Source of the DNA: Flavobacteriaceae bacterium
Lineage (GTDB): Bacteria; Bacteroidota; Bacteroidia; Flavobacteriales; Flavobacteriaceae
Length of the DNA: 64,000 bases
Direction of reading: 5' to 3'
NCBI GenBank assembly: GCA_029243245.1
Contig: JAQWSK010000013.1
Location: 16,025 to 80,024 of the forward strand
Position numbers and translations under genes: made by a program. The notes below the pieces were generated by a model, which saw nothing but the letters and a program-made list of their open reading frames with translations, was not told the DNA's origin and did not search any database. The first letter of the stretch is position 1; every line of letters starts with the position of its first letter. This document shows, piece after piece, positions 52,515-61,733 of this stretch.

Positions 52515-53837
52515 TTAATATCTATAATAATCAGGCTTATAAGGGCCTTCTAAAGTAACACCTATGTATTTTGCTTGCTCTTCAGACAATGATTCTAATT
52601 CTACGCTTAAATGTTCTAGATGAAGCTTTGCAACCTTTTCATCTAAATGTTTTGGTAGCATATATACCTTATTTTCATATTTTTCAGGATGTTGCCACAA
52701 TTCTATTTGAGCCAATGTTTGATTTGTAAATGAATTACTCATTACAAAACTTGGATGACCAGTAGCACATCCAAGGTTAACTAGACGTCCTTCAGCAAGG
52801 ATAATCAATTCATTTCCGTTTTTAAGAGTATATAGGTCAACTTGGGGTTTGATCTCAGTTTTTGTATGACCATACTGTTTGTTTAACCAGTTCATATCAA
52901 TTTCATTATCAAAGTGACCTATATTACAAATAATAGATTTGTCTTTCATTTTTAAAAAAGCATCTTTACCAATAATATCTTTGTTCCCTGTAGCAGTAAT
53001 AACTATATCAGTATTATCAATAACGGACATTATTTTCTTAACTTCAAATCCATCCATTGCTGCTTGTAAAGCACATATTGGATCAATTTCACTAATAGTA
53101 ACTAAAGCTCCAGCTCCAGCAAAAGATGCGGCAGTGCCTTTACCTACATCTCCATAACCTGCTACAAGAACTCTTTTACCGGCCAACATTATATCAGTTG
53201 CTCTCCTAACAGCATCAACAGCACTTTCTTTACAACCGTATTTATTATCAAATTTTGATTTAGTTACAGAGTCATTAACATTTATTGCAGGAAGTGGCAG
53301 AGCTCCATTTTTCATTCTTTCATATAAACGATGAACTCCAGTTGTAGTTTCCTCAGAAAGACCTTTTATATTATCTATTAACTCAGGATACTTATCTAAA
53401 ACCATATTTGTTAAATCTCCACCATCATCAAGAATTAAATTAAGAGGTTTTTGATCTTCTCCAAAAAACAAGGTTTGTTTAATACACCAGTCAAATTCTT
53501 TTTCATTCATTCCTTTCCAAGCATATACCGGAATTCCTGCAGCAGCAATAGCAGCTGCTGCATGATCTTGAGTAGAAAATATATTACAAGAACTCCAAGT
53601 TACATCAGCTCCTAGAGCAATAAGCGTTTCAATTAAAACCGCAGTTTGAATTGTCATATGAAGACAACCAGCAATTCTTGCTCCTTTGAGAGGTTTATGT
53701 TTCCCATATTGTTCCCTAAGGGACATTAATCCAGGCATTTCAGCTTCAGCTAATGTTATTTCTTTTCTACCCCATTCTGCTAGATTAATATCTTTAACTT
53801 TATAAGGGGAATAGTTAACTTTTGCTTTTAATTCCAT
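52515..53837 (-). CDS. ahcY: Adenosylhomocysteinase
   Basis: [18 protein letters not shown] motif GYGDVGKG, and C-terminal PYKPDYYRY. Confidence 0.95.
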   Translation of the reverse strand: MELKAKVNYSPYKVKDINLAEWGRKEITLAEAEMPGLMSLREQYGKHKPLKGARIAGCLHMTIQTAVLIETLIALGADVTWSSCNIFSTQDHAAAAIAAAGIPVYAWKGMNEKEFDWCIKQTLFFGEDQKPLNLILDDGGDLTNMVLDKYPELIDNIKGLSEETTTGVHRLYERMKNGALPLPAINVNDSVTKSKFDNKYGCKESAVDAVRRATDIMLAGKRVLVAGYGDVGKGTAASFAGAGALVTISEIDPICALQAAMDGFEVKKIMSVIDNTDIVITATGNKDIIGKDAFLKMKDKSIICNIGHFDNEIDMNWLNKQYGHTKTEIKPQVDLYTLKNGNELIILAEGRLVNLGCATGHPSFVMSNSFTNQTLAQIELWQHPEKYENKVYMLPKHLDEKVAKLHLEHLSVELESLSEEQAKYIGVTLEGPYKPDYYRY

Positions 53838-53892
53838 AGTATATTTGTATATATATTTTATTCAAAAATACACACAAAATCTGCCATTAACA

Positions 53893-54510
53893 ATGCCATT
53901 TATATCAAAAACTAATTTTAACAACTTTAACCTCTATTTGTGGAAAATAGAAGAGAGTGAAGTAACATTAGAAAATGGGATTGCTATTTCCTCAGCCTTA
54001 AGAGAAAGATTGAAAAGTGCGCGAAGTGAAGAACATAGAAAAGGAATTCTTTCAGTACATCAATTAATGAAAGTCGCAGATGTTTTAGAAAGTGATCTTT
54101 ATTACGATTCTGATGGATGTCCTAACTTAAAATTTAACAAATATATATCTATTTCACATTCAAAATATTTTTCAGCAATAGTTTTAAGTGAATTTCAGAT
54201 AGGTGTTGATATAGAATTTTGTCGAGAAAAAATTATTAGAATAGCTCCTAGGTTTCTTCATAATAAAGAGCACTTTGCTTTAGGAAAAATAGAAGAGTTA
54301 ACATATGTCTGGACTGCGAAAGAGGCAATTTATAAAGCATTTCGTACTTCAGGCATCAACTTTTCAAAACAAATATATATCGATAAACCTTTTGATGAGG
54401 GAAAAGTACGAGAGGGTAAAGTTGTTTATAATGATCAACACAAATTATTTGAATTATCATCTATCAAATTCGACTCTCACTTTGTAACTATTGCTTATGA
54501 AAAAAACTAG
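53893..54510 (+). CDS. 4'-phosphopantetheinyl transferase (Sfp type)
   Basis: IGVDIEF and WTAKEAIYKA motifs. I prefer ATG 53893 (MPFISK) over the upstream TTG at 53845. Confidence 0.7.
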   Translation: MPFISKTNFNNFNLYLWKIEESEVTLENGIAISSALRERLKSARSEEHRKGILSVHQLMKVADVLESDLYYDSDGCPNLKFNKYISISHSKYFSAIVLSEFQIGVDIEFCREKIIRIAPRFLHNKEHFALGKIEELTYVWTAKEAIYKAFRTSGINFSKQIYIDKPFDEGKVREGKVVYNDQHKLFELSSIKFDSHFVTIAYEKN

Positions 54511-54552
54511 TCTATGGAATTATATATTATTTAACTTATATTTTTTCTTCAA

Positions 54553-55179
54553 ATGTCTTCTATTTTAGATTTTTTATTTTCCCCATATAATGAATATTCT
54601 ACTCTAGATGTTTTACTAGAATTAACAGCTGTTATTTTAGGGTTTATGAGTGTTTGGTTTTCAAAAAAAAACAATATATGGGTTTACCCAACTGGAATGG
54701 TCTCAACTGCTATATATGTTTATCTTCTTTTTTATTTGGGATTACTAGGAGACATGCTTATTAATGCATACTATTTTTCTATGAGTATTTATGGATGGTA
54801 CTATTGGACTCGTTCTAAAGATGGAATGGATTTAAACCCAATTTCTAAAATCAATAATAGTGAATATAAAACCTCTCAAATATTATTTGCCTTTGCCATT
54901 GTATTTGTTTATTTAGTGTATAATATTTTTGATATGTGGAATAATATGATTGCATACATTGATACGATAACTACAGCTATTTTTTTTGTTGGAATGTGGT
55001 TAATGGCAAGAAGAAAAATAGAAAATTGGTTATTTTGGATAGTTGGAGACCTAATATCTATTCCGCTTTATTTATATAAAGGATTAGCCTTGACAAGTTT
55101 TCAATATTTAGTTTTTACTTTTATAGCTATAGCTGGATATTTTGCATGGAAAAATGAAATTTTGAATGTCGAAAAATAA
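54553..55179 (+). CDS. pnuC: PnuC-family nicotinamide riboside (or related vitamin) transporter
   Basis: 208 aa, 7 TM segments. SVWFSKKNNIWVYPTGMVSTAIYVYL and WIVGDLISIPLY are PnuC-type motifs. Confidence 0.8.
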   Translation: MSSILDFLFSPYNEYSTLDVLLELTAVILGFMSVWFSKKNNIWVYPTGMVSTAIYVYLLFYLGLLGDMLINAYYFSMSIYGWYYWTRSKDGMDLNPISKINNSEYKTSQILFAFAIVFVYLVYNIFDMWNNMIAYIDTITTAIFFVGMWLMARRKIENWLFWIVGDLISIPLYLYKGLALTSFQYLVFTFIAIAGYFAWKNEILNVEK

Positions 55180-55714
55180 ATGCATAAGAATCGTTTTAAT
55201 TGGACCAGAGTCTACAGGGAAAACTTCCCTTGCAAATCATTTGGCTGAGCACTATAAAACTAAATATGTTCCTGAATTTGCTAGAGGCTATCTTCAGAGA
55301 AAATGGAATGATAACAATGAAGTTTGTGGTCTTGATGATCTACCAATTATTGTCAATGGACAGAAAAATCTTGAAAAGAAACTTATAAAAAGTGCTACCA
55401 ATGTTATTTTTTGCGATACAAATGTTGTCGTAACACAAATATGGTCCCAAACACATTTTAATGGGTACTGTTCTCCAGAGATATTAAAAGCAGCGAAGAA
55501 GTCCAATTATGATTTTTATTTATTGACAAACATCGATGTGCCATGGCAAAAAGATGATCTAAGAGATCGCCCAAATGACAGAAAAAAAATGTTAAAAATT
55601 TTTCAAAAAACTCTTGAAACATATAATTTTCCATACAAATTGATTTCAGGTGATATAAATAGCCGATTAAAATCTTCTATTGAAATTATAGACAGACGTA
55701 TTTTAAACTTATAG
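55166..55714 (+). CDS. P-loop ATPase, NadR C-terminal ribosylnicotinamide-kinase-like
   Basis: Walker A IVLIGPESTGKTSLANHLAEHY...VPEFARGY. 14-nt overlap with pnuC. Confidence 0.7.
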   Translation: MSKNKCIRIVLIGPESTGKTSLANHLAEHYKTKYVPEFARGYLQRKWNDNNEVCGLDDLPIIVNGQKNLEKKLIKSATNVIFCDTNVVVTQIWSQTHFNGYCSPEILKAAKKSNYDFYLLTNIDVPWQKDDLRDRPNDRKKMLKIFQKTLETYNFPYKLISGDINSRLKSSIEIIDRRILNL

Positions 55715-55741
55715 AATGCTTTTATTATTAAATTTTCATAT

Positions 55742-55812
55742 ATTTATAATGTCTCAAAGGGGTGCCAAACTGGCTGAGATTAAACCCATAGAACCTGAGC
55801 AGGTAATGCTGC
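55742..55812 (+). promoter_or_regulatory. TPP (THI-box) riboswitch aptamer
   Basis: GGGGTGCCAAACTGGCTGAGATTAAACCCATAGAACCTGAGCAGGTAATGCTGCTAAGGGAG contains the conserved blocks GGGGUGC, CUGAGA, ACCC, GAACCUGA, GGUAAUGC and AAGGGA in canonical order. It sits 63 nt upstream of the TonB receptor ATG. Confidence 0.85.
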
Positions 55813-55874
55813 TAAGGGAGTTATATTTTTATACATAAAATAATTGCCCCTTTTATTTAAATAAATTTATTTAA

Positions 55875-58064
55875 ATGAAAAAAATAATTAAAGGCTTTAT
55901 ATTTTTTATTTTTTTGAATGGTTTTTCACAAGAATTAGAATTTGAGAAACCGATTGACTCACTTAAAGGCTATATGTTAGAGGAAGTAAGTGTTTCATCT
56001 ATTAGAGCAAGAATAACAGATCCAGTAACGCATACAAATATTAATAAAGAAGATATAAAGTCTCGTAATTTAGGTCAGGATTTACCAATTTTATTAAATT
56101 ATTTACCTGGAGTTGTAACAACGAGTGATGCAGGAGCGGGTATTGGATATACAGGAATACGTATAAGAGGAAGTGATGCCTCTAGGGTAAATGTAACGCT
56201 AAACGGAATACCTTTTAATGACTCTGAATCACAAGGAACATATTGGGTCAACCTTCCAGATTTTGCAAGCTCAATAGAAAGTGTTCAACTACAAAGAGGT
56301 GTGGGTACATCAACTAATGGAGCTGGTGCTTTTGGGGCTAGTTTAAATATACTGACTAATAGTATGCAAAATGAAGCTTCATCATCAATAAGTACAAGTG
56401 TTGGAAGTTTTAAGACATTAAAAAATACATTAAAATTTTCAACGGGAATTTTAAATGATCGTTTCGAATTATCTGGTCGTTTATCTAAAATCACATCTGA
56501 TGGTTATATTGATAGAGCTAGATCTAATTTGAAATCGTATTTTTTACAAGGAGCATTTAAAGATGGAAACACATTAATAAAAGCTATTGTTTTTGGTGGC
56601 CATGAAACAACTTATCAATCTTGGTATGGTATAGAAGATTTATCTAATCGAACATATAATCCTGCTGGTTCAATTTATGACCAGGATGGTTTATTAACTG
56701 GGTTTTATGATTCTCAAGAAGATAATTATCGCCAAGATCATTACCAGTTTCACTGGAATGAGCAAATCAGTTCTTTATGGACTACTTCTTTAGGTATAAA
56801 TTACACATATGGAAGGGGATACTATGAGGAGTATAATGAATCTGCCCCAGAAACAAATTTTTCTTACTTAGGATTAACATCATTTAATATTGGAAGTGAA
56901 ACTATTTCAGAAACTGAAAATGTTACAAGAAAATGGTTAGATAATGATTATTACGTTATAACAGCAAACTCAAATTATATTAAGAACAATACTCGCTTAG
57001 ACATGGGAATATTATTAAGTAGATATATAGGAGATCATTTTGGAAAATTATTATGGGCTCAAAATTCAGGTGATGTATTACCAAGAAAGAAATTTTATGA
57101 AAATCAAGGGGATAAAAAAGAAATAAATATTTATGCAAAATTAGAACAACCTTTAACAGATCAAATTACTGGATTTATTGACCTTCAATACCGAAACGTA
57201 AATTATGATATTAATGGTGTTTTGGCGGGTCCTCAATTTTTTAATGTTGATAGTAAGTATAGTTTTTTTAATCCAAAAGCAGGTTTAACATATGAAACCC
57301 CTGATGATGATCAGCTTTATTTTTCTTATTCAAAAGCACAAAAAGAACCAAGCAGATCTGATTTTGAAAATGGAAATCCAAAGCCCGAAAGATTAAATGA
57401 TTTTGAATTAGGCTGGAGAGTTCATAGAAATACTTTTCAGATATATTCCAACATATATTTAATGGCATATAAAGATCAGCTGGTCTTAACAGGAGCGTTA
57501 GATCATGTTGGAACTCCCATAAGAGAAAATATAGGAGAAAGCACCAGGTTAGGGTTAGAAATTGAGGCTAAGGTTAAGTTATCTGATAAATGGTTACTCC
57601 AGCCTAATATTGCTATTAGTAAAAACACCAATAAAGATTTTTATTTTAAAAGAGATGGTATTATAAATTATCTAGGGAACACTCGTTTGTCATATTCGCC
57701 TGAATTAGTTTTCGGAAATATTTTAACATATAAACATAAAACAAATTTAAATATATCGTTACTAACAAAATATGTTGGAGAACAGTATATGAGTAATATT
57801 GAAGCCGAAGGGTCAAAATTAGTGTCCTATTCAGTAAACGATATTAATATTAGTTATCAATTGAATCCTAAATCTATTATAAGTCAAATGACTCTGAATT
57901 TATTAATTAATAATTTATTTGATAAAAAGTATATTTCAAACGGATTTTTTTATACTTATGATGACAATTGGTCTTCGATAAATCAGATAACAACTGTTGA
58001 GGGAGTAGGATATTACCCTCAGGCTGGAATAAACTTTCTTATAGGGATGACAATTATTTTTTAA
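55875..58064 (+). CDS. TonB-dependent outer-membrane receptor (TPP-riboswitch controlled; probable thiamine or precursor uptake)
   Basis: Signal peptide, plug domain GIRIRGSDASRVNVTLNGIPFND, long beta-barrel, C-terminal aromatic residue (...GMTIIF). Confidence 0.9.
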   Translation: MKKIIKGFIFFIFLNGFSQELEFEKPIDSLKGYMLEEVSVSSIRARITDPVTHTNINKEDIKSRNLGQDLPILLNYLPGVVTTSDAGAGIGYTGIRIRGSDASRVNVTLNGIPFNDSESQGTYWVNLPDFASSIESVQLQRGVGTSTNGAGAFGASLNILTNSMQNEASSSISTSVGSFKTLKNTLKFSTGILNDRFELSGRLSKITSDGYIDRARSNLKSYFLQGAFKDGNTLIKAIVFGGHETTYQSWYGIEDLSNRTYNPAGSIYDQDGLLTGFYDSQEDNYRQDHYQFHWNEQISSLWTTSLGINYTYGRGYYEEYNESAPETNFSYLGLTSFNIGSETISETENVTRKWLDNDYYVITANSNYIKNNTRLDMGILLSRYIGDHFGKLLWAQNSGDVLPRKKFYENQGDKKEINIYAKLEQPLTDQITGFIDLQYRNVNYDINGVLAGPQFFNVDSKYSFFNPKAGLTYETPDDDQLYFSYSKAQKEPSRSDFENGNPKPERLNDFELGWRVHRNTFQIYSNIYLMAYKDQLVLTGALDHVGTPIRENIGESTRLGLEIEAKVKLSDKWLLQPNIAISKNTNKDFYFKRDGIINYLGNTRLSYSPELVFGNILTYKHKTNLNISLLTKYVGEQYMSNIEAEGSKLVSYSVNDINISYQLNPKSIISQMTLNLLINNLFDKKYISNGFFYTYDDNWSSINQITTVEGVGYYPQAGINFLIGMTIIF

Positions 58065-58525
58065 TTAGAAATAATAATTGTATTTCTGAATCTTTCAGCT
58101 TTATAATTTAAAAGGGGGTATTGTGAAGAATTTAGAATCCCTCCTTCTATTAATTGACCAGTTGCAAGGCTATATTTAAAATTATCACAGCTACAAGTAG
58201 CCAGTAATCCTTCAATTGAAAGTTTGGAACAAATTTCTAAATTATGATTTGAGCAACTAGCTTCCCAAGCAAAGATGTCATTTCCATTAATGTTAAAAAT
58301 TAAAATTCCATTAATTCCTCCATATGGGATAAATTTACTACCTCCAGCAAAATTTAAATTATCATATTCAGGTAAATTCAAATTAATACTGTGGCTAAAT
58401 GAAACTTCATTTAGGTAAGGGTTCCTTTTTATAGCGTCCCCGCTACAAGAAAACATGAGAATTAAAACAAATAATATTCCCATTTTTTTCAAAGTATGTA
58501 AACTTAAAAAGGCTTCAATTTTCAT
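58061..58525 (-). CDS. Hypothetical lipoprotein with a degenerate Rieske-like Cys pattern
   Basis: Lipobox LILMFSCSG (likely start at Met15, 58483). C-terminal WEASCSNHNLEICSKLSIEGLLATCSCDNFKYSLATGQL. The stop overlaps the TonB receptor stop by 4 nt. Confidence 0.45.
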   Translation of the reverse strand: MKIEAFLSLHTLKKMGILFVLILMFSCSGDAIKRNPYLNEVSFSHSINLNLPEYDNLNFAGGSKFIPYGGINGILIFNINGNDIFAWEASCSNHNLEICSKLSIEGLLATCSCDNFKYSLATGQLIEGGILNSSQYPLLNYKAERFRNTIIISN

Positions 58526-58587
58526 ATATTTGTTTATTGCCTAGATATTGACATAGGTTTTATCTGGTTTTACCAAAGTACAAAGTT

Positions 58588-59064
58588 ATGAGTAAGGTTT
58601 CATATTATTCTGAAGAAGGTTTAAAAAAACTTCGAGACGAGTTAAATAAGCTAAAAGATATTGAAAGGCCTAAGGCTTCTCAAGCTATTGCTGAGGCTAG
58701 AGATAAAGGTGATTTAAGTGAAAATGCTGAGTATGATGCTGCAAAAGAGGCTCAGGGGATGTTAGAACTCCAAATTTCCAAAATGGAAGAAGTTCTTTCT
58801 AATGCTAGAATAATTGATGAATCTCAATTAGACATGTCTAAAGTTTTAGTTTTATCAACAGTTGAGGTAAAAAATTTAAGTACAGGACAATTAATGAAAT
58901 ATACTTTAGTAGCCCAAACTGAAGCAGATTTGAAAAACGGTAAAATTTCTGTTGAATCACCTATAGGAAGAGGATTGTTAGGTAAAGGTGTTGGTGAAAT
59001 TGCAGAAATTTTGATTCCAAACGGAAAAATAGAATTAGAAATAATTAATATTAATAGAGGTTGA
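58588..59064 (+). CDS. greA: Transcription elongation factor GreA
   Basis: LSENAEYDAAKEAQG, 158 aa. Confidence 0.92.
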   Translation: MSKVSYYSEEGLKKLRDELNKLKDIERPKASQAIAEARDKGDLSENAEYDAAKEAQGMLELQISKMEEVLSNARIIDESQLDMSKVLVLSTVEVKNLSTGQLMKYTLVAQTEADLKNGKISVESPIGRGLLGKGVGEIAEILIPNGKIELEIININRG

Positions 59065-59456
59065 TGGAAAGTGTTTTTTCTAAATTAATCAGTGGAGAGT
59101 TGCCATGTCATAAAGTAGCTGAGTCTGATGATTTTTTAGCATTTTTAGATATTAACCCTAATACTGAAGGCCATACTCTTTGCATTCCTAAAATAGCTGA
59201 AGATAAAATCTTTAATCTGTCAGAACAAGAATACATTAGCTTAATGAGGTTTAGTAGAAAAGTAGCTTTGGCCTTAAGAAAAACAGTTAAATGTGGAAGA
59301 ATTGGAGTTAGTGTTATTGGACTTGAAGTCCCTCATGTTCATGTCCATTTAATTCCAATAAATAGTATTGAGGATATGACTTTTCAAAAAAAAGTGAAAG
59401 TTGATACAAAAACAATGGCCCTATTAGCTAACGCTATAGCTTCGAATTTTAAATAG
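59064..59456 (+). CDS. HIT-family (histidine triad) nucleotide hydrolase
   Basis: VPHVHVHLIP. ATG 59064 overlaps the greA TGA by 1 nt (the ORF-track start at 59061 is a TTG). Confidence 0.85.
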   Translation: MESVFSKLISGELPCHKVAESDDFLAFLDINPNTEGHTLCIPKIAEDKIFNLSEQEYISLMRFSRKVALALRKTVKCGRIGVSVIGLEVPHVHVHLIPINSIEDMTFQKKVKVDTKTMALLANAIASNFK

Positions 59457-60609
59457 CAATTGGTAATTCAATTGCAAAAGTAGTTCCTTTTTCAGGAAAA
59501 GAATTTTTTATATATATATTGCCTCCATGATAATCATTGATTATCCTTTTTGCTAAAGAGAGTCCAAGGCCCCAACCTCTTTTTTTTGTTGTAAAACCTG
59601 GATTAAATATTTTATTAAAGTTTTCAGGTTTAATACCTTCCCCACTGTCTGTTACTAAAATCATTAGACTTTTATCTTTTAAATCTAAAGAAATAATAAT
59701 TTGACCTTCACCTTTCATTGCATCAACTCCATTTTTAATAATATTTTCTAGGGCCCAACTTAATAGCTGTATGTTTACTGGAGCTACAATTGATTCCTTT
59801 GGTATAAGCGTTTTAAAAATAATTAGATTTGAACTTCTTTTTTGAATGTAAAGAACAGTTTCTTTAATTATTAAAGTTACGTTTTGAAATTCTAAAATTG
59901 GTTTTGAACCAATTTTAGAAAATCTTTCGGTTATTATTTTAAGTCGATTAATGTCTTTTTCCATTTCTGCAATGCTTAACTCTGGTTTTCTTCCCTCTTT
60001 CATTAAAGTAGTCCAACCTATTAAAGATGATAAGGGAGTTCCAATCTGGTGAGCAGTTTCTTTAGCCATTGCAGCCCAAAGTTTATTTTGTTCGGAAATT
60101 TTGTTTGTTTTAAAAATAAAATAGAGTAACAAACCAAAAAGCATAATAATTAGAAAAAGAGCTAATGGATAATATTGAAGTTTTTTGAGTAAAATAGAAT
60201 CACCATAATACAATTTTTGATTAACTAAAAGCTTTCCGGAAATCGAATCTTTATATTGAATTATAATTGGGTTGTTTTCTTTTTTAATTTTCTCTAAATT
60301 ATCATAGAGATTAATAGAGTCTGATTCTAATACCCCTTCAAAATTTTTAAAATCAATTATTTTGTCATTAGCATTCACCTGAAACATAGGGTTTATACCA
60401 GTTTGCTGTAGAACCTTAAATGTTAAATTGTTAGGTTTTTTATTTTCAATAAAATCTTTTTGAGCCATGGCCCACAATTCCATTTTGAGCCTTTCTTCAT
60501 TTTTTAATTTTTGAAAAAGAACATTTGTGTTCCACACAATAAGAATTACAATTATAAAGGCAACTAAAGGCCAGATTCGCTTTATAGATAGAGATATTTT
60601 TCTAGTCAC
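59449..60609 (-). CDS. Sensor histidine kinase (2 TM segments, periplasmic loop, HisKA + HATPase_c)
   Basis: H-box ETAHQIGTPLSSL, N-box NIIKNGVDAM, G-boxes DSGEGI and GWGLGLSLAKRII. GTG start. No response regulator gene is adjacent. Confidence 0.8.
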   Translation of the reverse strand: MTRKISLSIKRIWPLVAFIIVILIVWNTNVLFQKLKNEERLKMELWAMAQKDFIENKKPNNLTFKVLQQTGINPMFQVNANDKIIDFKNFEGVLESDSINLYDNLEKIKKENNPIIIQYKDSISGKLLVNQKLYYGDSILLKKLQYYPLALFLIIMLFGLLLYFIFKTNKISEQNKLWAAMAKETAHQIGTPLSSLIGWTTLMKEGRKPELSIAEMEKDINRLKIITERFSKIGSKPILEFQNVTLIIKETVLYIQKRSSNLIIFKTLIPKESIVAPVNIQLLSWALENIIKNGVDAMKGEGQIIISLDLKDKSLMILVTDSGEGIKPENFNKIFNPGFTTKKRGWGLGLSLAKRIINDYHGGNIYIKNSFPEKGTTFAIELPIAI

Positions 60610-60710
60610 GAAAATAATTTACTGCAAGATAATTCAATTTAAATAATCTAATGCTATTCAGTTCATAAGGCAAAAAAGTTTTGTTATTTTTGAAAAATAA
60701 AATAAAACCT

Positions 60711-61085
60711 ATGGAAATTATTGGTAAAATAAAATGGCTTGATGAAACAAAGGAATATGGCTCAAATGGATTTAGAAAAAGAGAAGTGGTTATAACCACT
60801 GAAGAGCAGTACCCTCAGAATATTTTAGTTGAATTTGTTCAAGACAAATGTGATTTGTTAAATTCCTTTCAAATAGGTAAACAAGTAAAAGTTAGTATTA
60901 ACTTAAGAGGAAGAGAATGGACTAATCCTGAAGGTCAAGTAAAGTATTTTAATTCAATTCAGGGATGGCGTATAGAAGAAATAAATGAAGAAATCAATCA
61001 AGAGATACCTCCTATACCTCCACCTACAACTTTTGAGAGTGCTGACGAGGACGATAATGAAGTTGAAGATGACCTGCCATTTTAA
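60711..61085 (+). CDS. DUF3127-family OB-fold protein with an SSB-like acidic C-terminal tip
   Basis: MEIIGKIKWLDETKEYGSNGFRKREVVITTEEQYPQ resembles the DUF3127 N-terminus. The C-terminus is ESADEDDNEVEDDLPF. I prefer ATG 60711 over the TTG at 60681. Confidence 0.6.
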   Translation: MEIIGKIKWLDETKEYGSNGFRKREVVITTEEQYPQNILVEFVQDKCDLLNSFQIGKQVKVSINLRGREWTNPEGQVKYFNSIQGWRIEEINEEINQEIPPIPPPTTFESADEDDNEVEDDLPF

Positions 61086-61648
61086 GATTTAAGTTCTAAA
61101 TATCTAAAGCAGTCAGTTTGATGGCCATTAATTATTCCTGACGCCATTAGATATGCATATGTTATTTTTGGACCTAAAAATTTAAATCCTTTTTTCTTTA
61201 GATCATCACTAATATTTTTTGCCAATGGCGAAAAATTATTTAAAGGGTCAAGGTGATCTTTAGGATTGGAATACTTATTTTTAAAATCAGATAGATATTT
61301 ATAAAAACTTCCATAAGTTTTTTGTACTGAAATGAATGCTTTAGCATTTGAAATAGTTGATATAATTTTTGATCGATTTCTGATGATACCTTTATTATTC
61401 ATAAGCTTTTCAATTTTTCTTATGTCATAAACCGATATTTTATAAAAATCAAACTTGTCAAAAGCATTAATAAAGTTTTTACGTTTTTTAAGAATTGTAT
61501 ACCAGCTAAGACCAGCTTGAAAAGTTTCTAAGATTAAAAACTCAAACAATTTTCGATCATCAGAAATTCGAACACCCCATTCATTGTCATGATAGTTTTT
61601 ATACAAAATATTATTTGAACACCACGAACATCTAACTTTATCTTTCAT
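61082..61648 (-). CDS. tag: DNA-3-methyladenine glycosylase I
   Basis: RCSWCSNNILYKNYHDNEWG, 188 aa. Confidence 0.85.
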   Translation of the reverse strand: MKDKVRCSWCSNNILYKNYHDNEWGVRISDDRKLFEFLILETFQAGLSWYTILKKRKNFINAFDKFDFYKISVYDIRKIEKLMNNKGIIRNRSKIISTISNAKAFISVQKTYGSFYKYLSDFKNKYSNPKDHLDPLNNFSPLAKNISDDLKKKGFKFLGPKITYAYLMASGIINGHQTDCFRYLELKS

Positions 61649-61733
61649 AATGAATTCTCAAATTAATTTAAGATTAATTCAAATAAAAAACTTCAATTTA
61701 AAAACTTTAGTTATTTGAGCTATTAATTTGTAA

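Noticed and set aside
54553-55714. pnuC and the kinase-like ATPase as members of the TPP-riboswitch regulon
   Set aside because: The aptamer lies downstream of both genes on the same strand, so it cannot control them in cis.
55803-55874. Intrinsic terminator as the riboswitch expression platform
   Set aside because: Only a ~5-bp AAGGG/CCCTT pairing with a ~39-nt loop is available, which is too weak to call. The mechanism is left open.
60602-60799. 65-aa minus-strand ORF upstream of the histidine kinase
   Set aside because: It overlaps the DUF3127 gene start and the intergenic promoter region. The product is hydrophobic and low-complexity, so it is probably spurious.
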